This document shows positions 9,826 through 18,630 of a DNA stretch of 64,000 nt, piece by piece. Source of the DNA: Candidatus Dormiibacterota bacterium (lineage in GTDB: Bacteria > Chloroflexota > Dormibacteria > Aeolococcales > Aeolococcaceae); contig OY970355.1 of NCBI GenBank assembly GCA_963718525.1, positions 992,001 to 1,056,000 on the forward strand, written 5' to 3'. The position numbers and the translations under genes were made by a program. The notes under the pieces are model-generated. The model was not told the DNA's origin. It saw only the letters and a list, made by a program, of their open reading frames with translations, and did no database searches. Within the stretch, counting starts at the first letter, position 1, and each line of letters starts with the position of its first letter.

Positions 9826-11250
9826 ATGCCCCCTGCCATGAAGAGCCCGAAGGCAGCAGCGATTTATGCGCGGATCAGTAGCGATCCCGCCGGAACCGCG
9901 CTAGGCGTCGAGCGGCAGCTCGAAGACTGTCGGCAGCTCGCGGCCGACCTCGGGTGGAGTGTTGGTGGCGAGTACGTGGATAACGATGTCTCGGCATACT
10001 CGCGCACGCGCAAGAGGCCCGAGTACACGAGGATGCTTGGCGATCTTAGGGACGGCCAGTGCGACGCCGTGTTGGCCTACCACGTCGATCGGCTATACCG
10101 GCGGCCGATAGAACTGGAACAGCTGCTTGAGGTCGCCGCCGAGGCGCGCGTGCTCGGTATTCACTTCGTAGCGGGGCAGGAACTCGACCTTGGCAATGGT
10201 GATGGACTCCTCGTGGTGCGCATGCTCGTCGCGGCGGCGGCACACGAGTCAGCCTCGAAGAGCCGCCGCATCCTTCGCAAGATGGAACAGAACGCAGCCG
10301 CCGGCCTGCCTCACGGTGGTGGCCCCTACCACCGTCCGTTTGGCTACGAGAGCGACAAGATCACTGTTCGCGAATCCGAGGCCGAGCTCATCCGGACGCT
10401 GGCCGGCCGCTTCCTGGCCGGAGAGAGCACCAGGTCGCTCGCGAAATGGCTGGAGCAGGACGGGGCCAAGACGGTCGCGGGAGGGACATGGACGACGACT
10501 ACGGTTCGCAACCTCCTCACCTCCGGCAGAGTGGCGGGCCTGCGCGAGCATCGCGGTCGGATCGTCGGCCCTGCGGTATGGCCGCCGATCATTTCCGTTG
10601 AGCAGCGCGACCGCATCTGTGCACGCCTCACAGCAAACGTCCGCGCCGGGCGACGAACTCCCCGCCGGTACTTGCTGAGTGGATTACTGCGGTGCGGCCG
10701 CTGCGGCACCCGACTGTTCAGCTCAGCTCGGCGAGCCCACCGTCGCTACGTGTGCCTATCCGGACCTGATCACGGCGGCTGTGGTCACCTCACGGTCGTC
10801 GCCGGCCCGTTGGAGGCGCTGGTAGCCGACGCCTGCATCTTCAGACTGGACTCGCCAGAATTAGCCGACGCCCTCGCAGGTCGCGCATCTAAGAACAGGG
10901 AGGCGGCCGCGCTGAGCGAGGAGTTGGCGACCCTCCGAGCGCGCCAAGAAGAGCTTGCTCACCTGTTCGCGGCCGGCGATATCGGCGGCGCCGAATGGCG
11001 GATTGCCGGGCAGGACCTTGCCCAACGCATGCACCATGTCGAGGCGGCCCTGTCGCGGGTGACCCGCACCGACGCGCTCAGCGGCATCGTCGGCGATGGC
11101 GATCGGCTGCGAGCTGCGTGGCAAGGCATCAGTCTTAGTCGACAGAATGCCGTCATCAGGGCAGTACTCGACCATGCGGTGATCGCACCGGGGGTGTCTG
11201 GCGCCCGTGCGCTCGACCATCATCGCGTCGGCTTCGTGTGGCGGGCCTAG
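9826..11250 (+). CDS. large serine recombinase (integrase)
   Basis: IYARIS catalytic Ser, YVDNDVSA, DRLYRRPIELE, recombinase domain, CGRCG zinc ribbon, coiled coil; closely resembles phiRv1 Int as recalled. Confidence 0.93.
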   Translation: MPPAMKSPKAAAIYARISSDPAGTALGVERQLEDCRQLAADLGWSVGGEYVDNDVSAYSRTRKRPEYTRMLGDLRDGQCDAVLAYHVDRLYRRPIELEQLLEVAAEARVLGIHFVAGQELDLGNGDGLLVVRMLVAAAAHESASKSRRILRKMEQNAAAGLPHGGGPYHRPFGYESDKITVRESEAELIRTLAGRFLAGESTRSLAKWLEQDGAKTVAGGTWTTTTVRNLLTSGRVAGLREHRGRIVGPAVWPPIISVEQRDRICARLTANVRAGRRTPRRYLLSGLLRCGRCGTRLFSSARRAHRRYVCLSGPDHGGCGHLTVVAGPLEALVADACIFRLDSPELADALAGRASKNREAAALSEELATLRARQEELAHLFAAGDIGGAEWRIAGQDLAQRMHHVEAALSRVTRTDALSGIVGDGDRLRAAWQGISLSRQNAVIRAVLDHAVIAPGVSGARALDHHRVGFVWRA

Positions 11251-11304
11251 TCCCAGAGCGCGAACACCTCGTCGAGTTATGAGTGAGCATCAAATCGACC
11301 AGCA

Positions 11305-12333
11305 CTATCGAGGCGTGAGCAGCTGGCGCAGTTCACGTAACTGACGAGCGACGGACCTCCGATCAGGTTTTTCCTCTGAAGTCTCGGCCAACTGATCAGC
11401 CTTCACCGCGTCGGGCAACGCAATCCCCTCCATGACGATTCTGCGATACAGGGGCAACGCCGCCTGTAGGGTAGCCAGCTGTGGGCCGAAGTTACCCTCT
11501 GGTTCGGCACCCCGTGCCCTAAGCAATCGCTCTTGGCGCGGTCGAATGACGTTCGTACAGATCCACTCCATGTCCTTCTTCGTCACGTACTCGTCGATAC
11601 CACCAACCTTGAGTGCAAAGCTCCCGACGATGACGTCATCGGTGCTGTCTCGGATCTCAAGCAGAGCTTCGGGAAGCTCGATGCCGACGAGGCACTCCGT
11701 CTCTTCGGTGACGAGGAACTCACTGATGCGCGTCGCGATTACGCCGTTGCGCACGCAGGGGAGCCGGTGGCGGGCGCATAGGCAGGCAACAGCGTCATCC
11801 AGCGGTACGCCCTCGTGGAGCCCATGTCTGAGCCAGTGCGGGTTGGAGGAATGGCTCAGGTCGGCGTGGGCGCTCCGCCTTGCGGTGAGCACCGCTTCAG
11901 CGCTCAAAAGTATGCCTGGAAGCCGGTCGTCGGAAACAAGGGCGTCCACTCGCCCGGTAGCCTCGAGTTCATGCACACGGATCCACTCCGAGGCGCGTCG
12001 CCTGCGGACGAACTGCCGAGTGCCAATCGCGTCTGATTCCAGCTGGATATGCGGCGGATCCGTCACCACGCTCGACCCGCTGGGGCCGAGATCAGGAGGT
12101 GATACGTCAAACCAAACGCTATCGCCCTCCCCTCCATGTAGCAGTTCCGGCCTATGCCCGAGCGCACTACGCACGTCCCGACAATCAAGTTCGAGGTGCG
12201 GGTTCTCCGAGAGAAACAACAGACGCGCGCGAAGGCCTTCGGACGTGTCCTGCCACGGAACCTGCCGTCGCGGGTAGACGCGATCTGCCAGGTAGGTGCG
12301 AAGCGCCCGCTCGAACTCGACGTGCAAGTGCAT
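11305..12333 (-). CDS. hypothetical protein, possible C-terminal HTH
   Basis: Long ORF convergent with the integrase and divergent from xis; start uncertain. Confidence 0.55.
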   Translation of the reverse strand: MHLHVEFERALRTYLADRVYPRRQVPWQDTSEGLRARLLFLSENPHLELDCRDVRSALGHRPELLHGGEGDSVWFDVSPPDLGPSGSSVVTDPPHIQLESDAIGTRQFVRRRRASEWIRVHELEATGRVDALVSDDRLPGILLSAEAVLTARRSAHADLSHSSNPHWLRHGLHEGVPLDDAVACLCARHRLPCVRNGVIATRISEFLVTEETECLVGIELPEALLEIRDSTDDVIVGSFALKVGGIDEYVTKKDMEWICTNVIRPRQERLLRARGAEPEGNFGPQLATLQAALPLYRRIVMEGIALPDAVKADQLAETSEEKPDRRSVARQLRELRQLLTPR

Positions 12334-12536
12334 AGTCCTTGCGTCGCAACTGGGCGAGTGCGAGCCGATAGGGTGCGACGCCGTTGATTTCGTCGTCTGT
12401 GAAGTTCGGCACACTGTCGCCGAACAGGAGGCGAGCGACTCCCGCCCACGTTAGACGGCTTGCCCTAGGGCTGCGCGTCATAGGCGCCCTCTATGACGTT
12501 CCCACCGAAGCCTGACGGCACTCCACGATTCGCGGC

Positions 12537-12740
12537 ATGGCACCCGACAACTCTAGGACGATCGAAGAGCTGCCCGAGTTCCTGACGAGGGCCGAGGCGG
12601 CCGCACAACTCAGGATCGGCCGGGCGCTCCTTGACCGCATGATCAGCTCCGGCGAGTTGCGCGCACTCCGTGTGCACCGTCGGGTCCTGATCCCAGTCGC
12701 GTCGATCCGTGAGCTCGCCTGCAGAAGTCGACCTCGGTGA
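12537..12740 (+). CDS. excisionase-like HTH_17 protein
   Basis: FLTRAEAAAQLRIGR...GELRALRVHRRVLIP. Confidence 0.85.
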   Translation: MAPDNSRTIEELPEFLTRAEAAAQLRIGRALLDRMISSGELRALRVHRRVLIPVASIRELACRSRPR

Positions 12741-13120
12741 GCGCGCAGAGCGGACCACGGCCTGGGTCACGCGACGTCGCAACCCAGCGCCCTGAGGCCG
12801 TTGTCGATACGCCGCTGGCTCGTTGCTCGGTCTCCACGGCCGGTGCGGCCGGCCGGGATCGTCACCCTCCGCAGTTCGATCCGGCGGTGGTGGAGGTCAT
12901 GGTGCGCGCGCCCCGTGAACAACAGCATCTTCCTGCACGCGAGTGCCAGACCTTGCACGACTGGGTCGGAAGGTCGTGCCTCGCGCAAGCCGTTCCGCTC
13001 CACGTCACCGATCCGGCAACGCTGCAGCAGGTGGCGACCCTCCTTGGTGCGACCGCACCAGCGCCGACGAGGCGTCGGACGCCGGGGGCAACTGCAGCGA
13101 CGACCTCACGAGCGTGGTGA
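12737..13120 (+). CDS. hypothetical protein
   Basis: GTGA overlap with xis; ...AQAVPLHVTDPATLQQVATLL. Confidence 0.45.
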   Translation: MSAQSGPRPGSRDVATQRPEAVVDTPLARCSVSTAGAAGRDRHPPQFDPAVVEVMVRAPREQQHLPARECQTLHDWVGRSCLAQAVPLHVTDPATLQQVATLLGATAPAPTRRRTPGATAATTSRAW

Positions 13121-13207
13121 AGTGCGGCCGATGAATCGCGAAGTCGCTTCTCTGGCGGCGGCCCCATGGCGCCTGTCGCCTCGCGCGGACGTCCGCGACA
13201 AGGCATC

Positions 13208-13966
13208 GTGAGTACGCTTGGCGCAAGGGCGCTCGGACTTGCGGTCGACGGATTTCGGGTTATTCCGGTGATGTCCAACGGCAAGGCGCCTCTCACCGAA
13301 CACGGATGTAAAGACGCGAGCGCTGGCGCTGACCTGATCACGGCATGGTGGCGGCGCTGGCCAGAGGCGAACGTGGGCGTCGCCACCGGAGACGGCCTCT
13401 GTGTCGTCGACGTCGACATGAAGCAGGGCGTCGATGGCGAGGCGACGTGGCAAACTCTTCAGCAGGCACACGGCACGGCGCCGACCACGCGCACAGTGCT
13501 GACCCCCAACGGCGGTCGCCACCTGTACTTCATCAGCGTCGGCGCCAGCGTTGCCTGCAGCGTCAGCAGGTTGGGCCCGGGCATCGACATCCGAGGCTCG
13601 GGCGGCTACGTGGTCGCGGCGGGCACGATCGGCGGCAAGATCTACCAAACCTTGCCCGAGCCTGTCGCGACGGCGCCAGCATGGCTGCTGGAGCTCGTGC
13701 GAGCGCACGACGTCGCAGGCCGCCCGGTCGTCGAATGGCGACAGCTGGCCCGTACGGGGGTCGAGCTCGGTCGCCGTAACGCCGCTGTCGCTTCCTTCGC
13801 CGGTCATTTGCTGCGCAAGGGCGTCGACGCCTGGGTCGTCCTCGAGCTGCTGCGAGGCTGGAACCAGTCTCGTGTCCAGCCGCCGCTGCCGGACGACGAG
13901 CTGCTGCGTTGTGTCGACAGCATCGCGGGCCGGGAGCTGAGTCGGCGGATTGGTCCGCGGTCGTGA
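13208..13966 (+). CDS. bifunctional primase/polymerase (Prim-Pol) with PriCT domain
   Basis: GKAPL, ANVGVATG, VVDVD, TPNGGRHLYF, DIRGSGGYVV, GRRN...PPLPDDEL. Confidence 0.9.
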   Translation: MSTLGARALGLAVDGFRVIPVMSNGKAPLTEHGCKDASAGADLITAWWRRWPEANVGVATGDGLCVVDVDMKQGVDGEATWQTLQQAHGTAPTTRTVLTPNGGRHLYFISVGASVACSVSRLGPGIDIRGSGGYVVAAGTIGGKIYQTLPEPVATAPAWLLELVRAHDVAGRPVVEWRQLARTGVELGRRNAAVASFAGHLLRKGVDAWVVLELLRGWNQSRVQPPLPDDELLRCVDSIAGRELSRRIGPRS

Positions 13967-15537
13967 TGACGTCTGACAACATCACGGCGCTTGCCGCGAC
14001 GGAAACGATGCCAGCCATCGTGGTCAACGACAGGCCGCTCCGTGACGTCAGCGCCGATGCTCTGGTCGCGCTCTACGAGTTGAACGACCCTCCCGTTATC
14101 TTCGCCCGCGGCGACGTCCTGGTCCGCGTGCAGCGCAATGCCGATGGCACTGGCCGCGTTGTCCCGCTCGGCGAGGACCACCTCCGCGGCCACCTGACCC
14201 GCAGCGCCGATTTCGTCCGCGCCGTACGGCGCGGGCAGTCGACTGTGGACATCCAAGTAAGCCCGCCCCGGGACGTCGTTCGCGACCTGCTCACTGCAGA
14301 GGGCTTGGCCTTTCCGCATCTGCAAGGCCTGGTCAGTTCTCCGGTGGTGCGCCCCAATGGCAGCATCCTGGAGAAGCCGGGCTTCGACGTGGCGACCGGC
14401 CTCTACTACCTGCCGCCGGTAGGGTTCAGCGTGCCGGCGATCCCCGCCCGGCCGAACACCGACGAGGTGGCCGCGGCGTTGAGCCGGCTGACCGAGGTCT
14501 TCGGAGACTTCCCCTATGCAGACGAGGCCTCGCGCGCGAATGCGATGGCGCTGCTGTTGACTCCGGTGGTCCGCCCGATGATCAGCGGGCCGACCCCCCT
14601 GGGGCTCGTGGACTCTCCTCAGGCGGGGACCGGCAAGGGTTTGCACGTCGAAGTCGCAAGCATCATCGCGACCGGGAGCACGGCCGCGGTGACCACCGCC
14701 CCACGCAGCGACGACGAATGGCGAAAGCGGATCACGTCACTCCTGCTGAGCGGACAGCCCGTGGTGCTCGTAGACAACATCGAGGGGACCCTCCACAGTC
14801 CCAGCCTTGCTGCCGCCATCACGGCGCCGGTCTGGCAGGACCGGTATCTCGGCCAGAACCGTCAGGTGACTCTGCCGGTTCGGGTCGCGTGGCTGGCTAC
14901 CGGAAACAACATCAGGCTGGGCGGGGACCTGGCTCGGCGCTGCTACTGGGTTCGACTCGATGCCCGGAGCGCCCAGCCATGGCGGCGCACCGGCTTCCGC
15001 TACCCCGATTTGGTTGGGCACGTGCGCCAGTGCCGCCCGCAACTGGTCGCAGATCTGCTCACGCTGGTCCAGGCCTGGGTGGCGGATGGCCAGCCCGGCG
15101 CCTCCATCCTGCCCCTGGGGTCGTTCCAGGAATGGGGTCGCATTGTCGAAGGCATCCTGGGCGTGGCCGGCGTCAATGGCTTCCTGGGAAACCTCGACCG
15201 AATGTACGACGTCGCCGACGTCGAGACCGGGGCATGGACAGCATTCCTGGAGGCCTGGTGGGATTACTTCGGCGGCCAGGAGGTGACGGCGGCCGGTGTG
15301 ATCGAGGCCACCGCGTTGGAGCAACCGGGCCTTGTGCGCCTCCGCAACGCCTTGCCAGAGGAGGTGGCTGACGCCAGGCCCGAGCGGCGGAGCCGCGCGC
15401 TCGGGACGGCGCTGGCGTCGCGCGAGGAGCGCCGCTACGGCGCCTCGGGCTTGCGCGTTACCCGGACTGGGACGCAGCACCGAGCCGTCTGCTGGAAGGT
15501 GGTTGTAAATGAGGTGGTGAGTCCGGTGAGTCCCTAA
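13966..15537 (+). CDS. primase-associated P-loop ATPase/helicase
   Basis: Walker A AGTGKG, Walker B VLVDNI, ATGNN, DLARR; coupled to prim-pol. Confidence 0.75.
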   Translation: MTSDNITALAATETMPAIVVNDRPLRDVSADALVALYELNDPPVIFARGDVLVRVQRNADGTGRVVPLGEDHLRGHLTRSADFVRAVRRGQSTVDIQVSPPRDVVRDLLTAEGLAFPHLQGLVSSPVVRPNGSILEKPGFDVATGLYYLPPVGFSVPAIPARPNTDEVAAALSRLTEVFGDFPYADEASRANAMALLLTPVVRPMISGPTPLGLVDSPQAGTGKGLHVEVASIIATGSTAAVTTAPRSDDEWRKRITSLLLSGQPVVLVDNIEGTLHSPSLAAAITAPVWQDRYLGQNRQVTLPVRVAWLATGNNIRLGGDLARRCYWVRLDARSAQPWRRTGFRYPDLVGHVRQCRPQLVADLLTLVQAWVADGQPGASILPLGSFQEWGRIVEGILGVAGVNGFLGNLDRMYDVADVETGAWTAFLEAWWDYFGGQEVTAAGVIEATALEQPGLVRLRNALPEEVADARPERRSRALGTALASREERRYGASGLRVTRTGTQHRAVCWKVVVNEVVSPVSP

Positions 15538-15608
15538 TCAGCCGCCGCAGCGCCGAGCTCCGCGGCCTCCAATCGACATGCAACTCACTGGACTCACCCA
15601 ACTCACCA
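15516..15608. repeat. iteron-like direct and inverted 9-bp repeats (putative origin)
   Basis: GGTGAGTCC x2 (15516-15533) and ACTCAC x3 with 9-bp period (15583, 15592, 15601) in opposite orientation. Confidence 0.65.
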
Positions 15609-15802
15609 ATAAAGACCTCGGCGCTCGCACACCAACGGGACCTGCGGCGTGGCGCCGCGCTGGAATGCACCAAACCTCGTGACGAGCGCCGCCTCGTCAA
15701 GACGCCCTCGCCAGGCGAGGCAACTAACAGAACAGGGCGGGGTCTGACGCCCTCACTGAGCGCCGTTCAACAGTCGGTCCGCGTTAGCTCCCTTCTCACG
15801 AG

Positions 15803-15850
15803 GATTCATCTCATGCATGAGATGAATCTCTTTGATACCATAGATGGTAT
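15803..15850. promoter_or_regulatory. palindromic operator pair
   Basis: Perfect 26-bp palindrome GATTCATCTCATGCATGAGATGAATC (15803-15828) and ATACCAT-AG-ATGGTAT (15835-15850) at the XRE gene start. Confidence 0.65.
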
Positions 15851-16283
15851 GAGAAGAAGCCGTACGGATCTGCGCGACCAGGCGAAACGAGTCGCCACGA
15901 TAAAGAAGCATCGGGTCGACGGACTACACCAGCGGCTGGGGGCACAGGTCGGCGAGAAGATCCAAAAGCTACGCGTAACACGCGGGTACTCGCAGGACCG
16001 ACTTGCCCGCCGCGCAGAGACCTCGCAGTCCGCAATTGCCCGATTGGAAACGGGGAGCGCGCAAGTCCGGCTCGACACGTTGAGTAGGATTGCCCTGGCG
16101 CTTGACGCCGATGTCGACATCAACCTCGTCAAGAAGCCCGCCTCCGACTTTCGCAGCCGCGACTTGCCGAAAGGAACACCCGTCCCGGCGTCGCGGGCGC
16201 GGAGGATGAAGGCGAGGGGCGAGTGGTCAGAAGCCAGCGTCATGGAAACTCGCCCTACACCTCACCGCGAACAAGGATCCTAA
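15849..16283 (+). CDS. XRE-family HTH regulator
   Basis: LRVTRGYSQDRLARRAETSQSAIARLETG...LDTLSRIALAL; start could be 15813. Confidence 0.85.
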   Translation: MRRSRTDLRDQAKRVATIKKHRVDGLHQRLGAQVGEKIQKLRVTRGYSQDRLARRAETSQSAIARLETGSAQVRLDTLSRIALALDADVDINLVKKPASDFRSRDLPKGTPVPASRARRMKARGEWSEASVMETRPTPHREQGS

Positions 16284-16559
16284 CGAGATCGGCGCTCGGA
16301 CCATCGCCGCCCCGCCGCTCGGTCAACGACTACTTGAGAATCGTCCCAACATCATCTGAGCGGCATCGGATCGGGTCCTCCTTGGGTCGGGGTGGTCCCG
16401 TAGGGTCGTGCCTCCGACCGCTTTCGCGTCGCCGCGAGCCAAGATCTCACCTCGTCGGCCCACTCGCACCACCGGCGCAACTTGATCGGAACTACTGATG
16501 AGAGCGAGCCGAAGCCCTCCAGCCTCTTGGCTTCGGTTCGCCGCCGGGACGAACAAGGG

Positions 16560-17108
16560 TCAGCGTCGACCCGCGCGGTCTCTCTGCGCTCGCCGCGATG
16601 CTACGCGCCACTCGCCCTGTGCCTCTTGGTCGGGAGACTTGGTGGCTTCGGTCTCAGCCGCGGCGTCGTAGCCAACGAGGCGGGCGATCTGGTCCGCCGA
16701 CACGGGGACCATGATGAAGCTGCCGTGGAACGGCGTCGTGCTCAGGGTCGGCGTCGTGCTCACGCCCGGCACCGTGGCCTCGGGGGCGGTGCGGGACGGA
16801 GCGGCCGAGGCCTCCGGTGCCGCGCTGTTCGGCCTTAATGCGCCCTCAGCGCCGCTCGCGGTCGACTTATCGCCACGGCCCCGCCCGACGAACGACGGTG
16901 AACCGCCTTCTCGGGTCTCCACGCGATCCTCGGGGTGGGCGGCCTCCAACGCGGTGACGCGCTCGTCGACGTCATCGAGCCGCACGTTCACGACATCCAC
17001 CTCCTCACGCAGCGCCGCAACTTCGAGCGCGGTGGCGCCCCTAGTCTTCCCACCCGTGTTGTCCACAACCCGCGGCGTCCTCGCTTCGACGGTCTCGACG
17101 TCATCCAT
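16560..17108 (-). CDS. hypothetical protein with short coiled coil
   Basis: GGAG upstream of ATG; LREEVDVVNVRLDDVDERVTALE. Confidence 0.5.
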   Translation of the reverse strand: MDDVETVEARTPRVVDNTGGKTRGATALEVAALREEVDVVNVRLDDVDERVTALEAAHPEDRVETREGGSPSFVGRGRGDKSTASGAEGALRPNSAAPEASAAPSRTAPEATVPGVSTTPTLSTTPFHGSFIMVPVSADQIARLVGYDAAAETEATKSPDQEAQGEWRVASRRAQRDRAGRR

Positions 17109-17404
17109 GGTGATGCTCCTTGCGCTGCCGTGCCGACATTCCACTCGGCAACGCTAAACCACGATGCCCCAACGGGCAGCGTCGTCATCAGATTGTGCGA
17201 TGCGACTTCGCGTGTGGTTGCGGTGCGGCATCGCTGCGCGAGTCCGTGGTCGATGTCATTGCGTCGGTCAATTCGCGAAGACGTGCGTATCGCGCACGTG
17301 CGCGAGGGCCTCTCTGCGACCGCCGAGAAATCACTGTCTGGACTTATACTATTGACAGGTATCCGAACTGATATGCGAACGTGCGACGGCACTGACAACC
17401 GGAC

Positions 17405-17836
17405 ATGACGAAACGACTGCCGCCTCCGAGCCGTGCGAGGTACGCAGCCGCGCATCCCACCATCGGAATCCATGTGACTAGCGATGTCTATACGCAACTC
17501 GTAGCGCTTCGCGACGTCTCAGGACATTCCTTCGGAACGCTCGTGCAGGAGAACCTCGGCGTCATCGAGAAGGAATACCAGTCCGTGCGCAAGCGGGGGT
17601 TTGATGATGGCCACGTCGTAGGGGTTGCCGAGGGTCGCAGAGCTGGATACCTAGAGGCACTCCATCTGTACTGCGTGAGCTACTCCTGCAGCATCTGTGG
17701 TCTGCCGATGAGGCTGCGACCTGGAAGTCGCGCGGCGAAGGTTGCAGCCGAAGCCCTAGGGGAGATGGGCTGGGGGCATAGCCAGTGTCACCAACGGCGG
17801 CGACCCACAGAGGGCCACGATGCGTCGCAGCAGTAG
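17405..17836 (+). CDS. hypothetical protein with CxxC/HxxC putative zinc site
   Basis: CSICG...HSQCH; overlaps the resolvase start. Confidence 0.55.
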   Translation: MTKRLPPPSRARYAAAHPTIGIHVTSDVYTQLVALRDVSGHSFGTLVQENLGVIEKEYQSVRKRGFDDGHVVGVAEGRRAGYLEALHLYCVSYSCSICGLPMRLRPGSRAAKVAAEALGEMGWGHSQCHQRRRPTEGHDASQQ

Positions 17837-18503
17837 GGCCGAGCGCGGCCGAACGCCGGCGGCGGGCCGGGGACCGGTCCGCGTCGCCCTCTACGCCAGG
17901 GTGAGCACCCGGGAGAAGGATCAAGACCCGGAACTGCAACTCGCCCCGATGCGGAACTACGCCGCTGCCCGGGGTTGGGAGGCGACCACCTACATCGACA
18001 AGGCCTCCGCGGCAGACATGATGCGGCGCTCCGCATGGGCACACCTCATCGAAGACGCGCGACTTCGGAAGATCGACATCGTCCTGGTGTGGAAGTTGGA
18101 CCGTGCCTTTCGCTCTACGCTCCACTGCTTGCGGACCCTCGAAGTCTGGGACGGTCGTGGCGTCGGCTTCGCGTGCGTGACCCAAGACGTCGATACGACG
18201 TCCTCGACTGGTCAGTTGCTGCTCACGATCCTCGCCGCGGTGGCCGAGTTTGAGCGCACTCTGGTCGCCGAGCGTGTCAAGGAAGGTATGGCGAACGCCC
18301 GACGAAAGGGCATCCGTATCGGGCGCCCGCCCGCCACTGAGCGCGAACACGTCGCACGCCACCTTGCCGAGGTGTGCGCGTCGATCGATGCCGGCACGAT
18401 GAGCAAGCGAGCAGGAGCTCGTCGACTTCGCGTTGGGTTCGGAACTCTCGATCGGATTCTCGCCGCTACGAAAGGGCAGGCTGCGAATCGAGAGCTCTCC
18501 TGA
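17820..18503 (+). CDS. small serine recombinase (resolvase/invertase)
   Basis: YARVST, VWKLDRAFRS, AEFER, GRP hinge and C-terminal HTH. Confidence 0.92.
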   Translation: MRRSSRAERGRTPAAGRGPVRVALYARVSTREKDQDPELQLAPMRNYAAARGWEATTYIDKASAADMMRRSAWAHLIEDARLRKIDIVLVWKLDRAFRSTLHCLRTLEVWDGRGVGFACVTQDVDTTSSTGQLLLTILAAVAEFERTLVAERVKEGMANARRKGIRIGRPPATEREHVARHLAEVCASIDAGTMSKRAGARRLRVGFGTLDRILAATKGQAANRELS

Positions 18504-18630
18504 GTTCACGGAGGGGGCGTATTCGGGTGCACAGAAACGAAATCGTTGCGGAGCACTCCGTCTGGCAATGACCAAACGGACAGTTCTGGGGACATCCCGG
18601 CGTTGACTCCTCGCAACCTAATCGCGATGC

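Noticed and set aside
17352-17380. Sigma-70 promoter anchored on TTGACA
   Set aside because: No -10 element at 16-18 bp spacing
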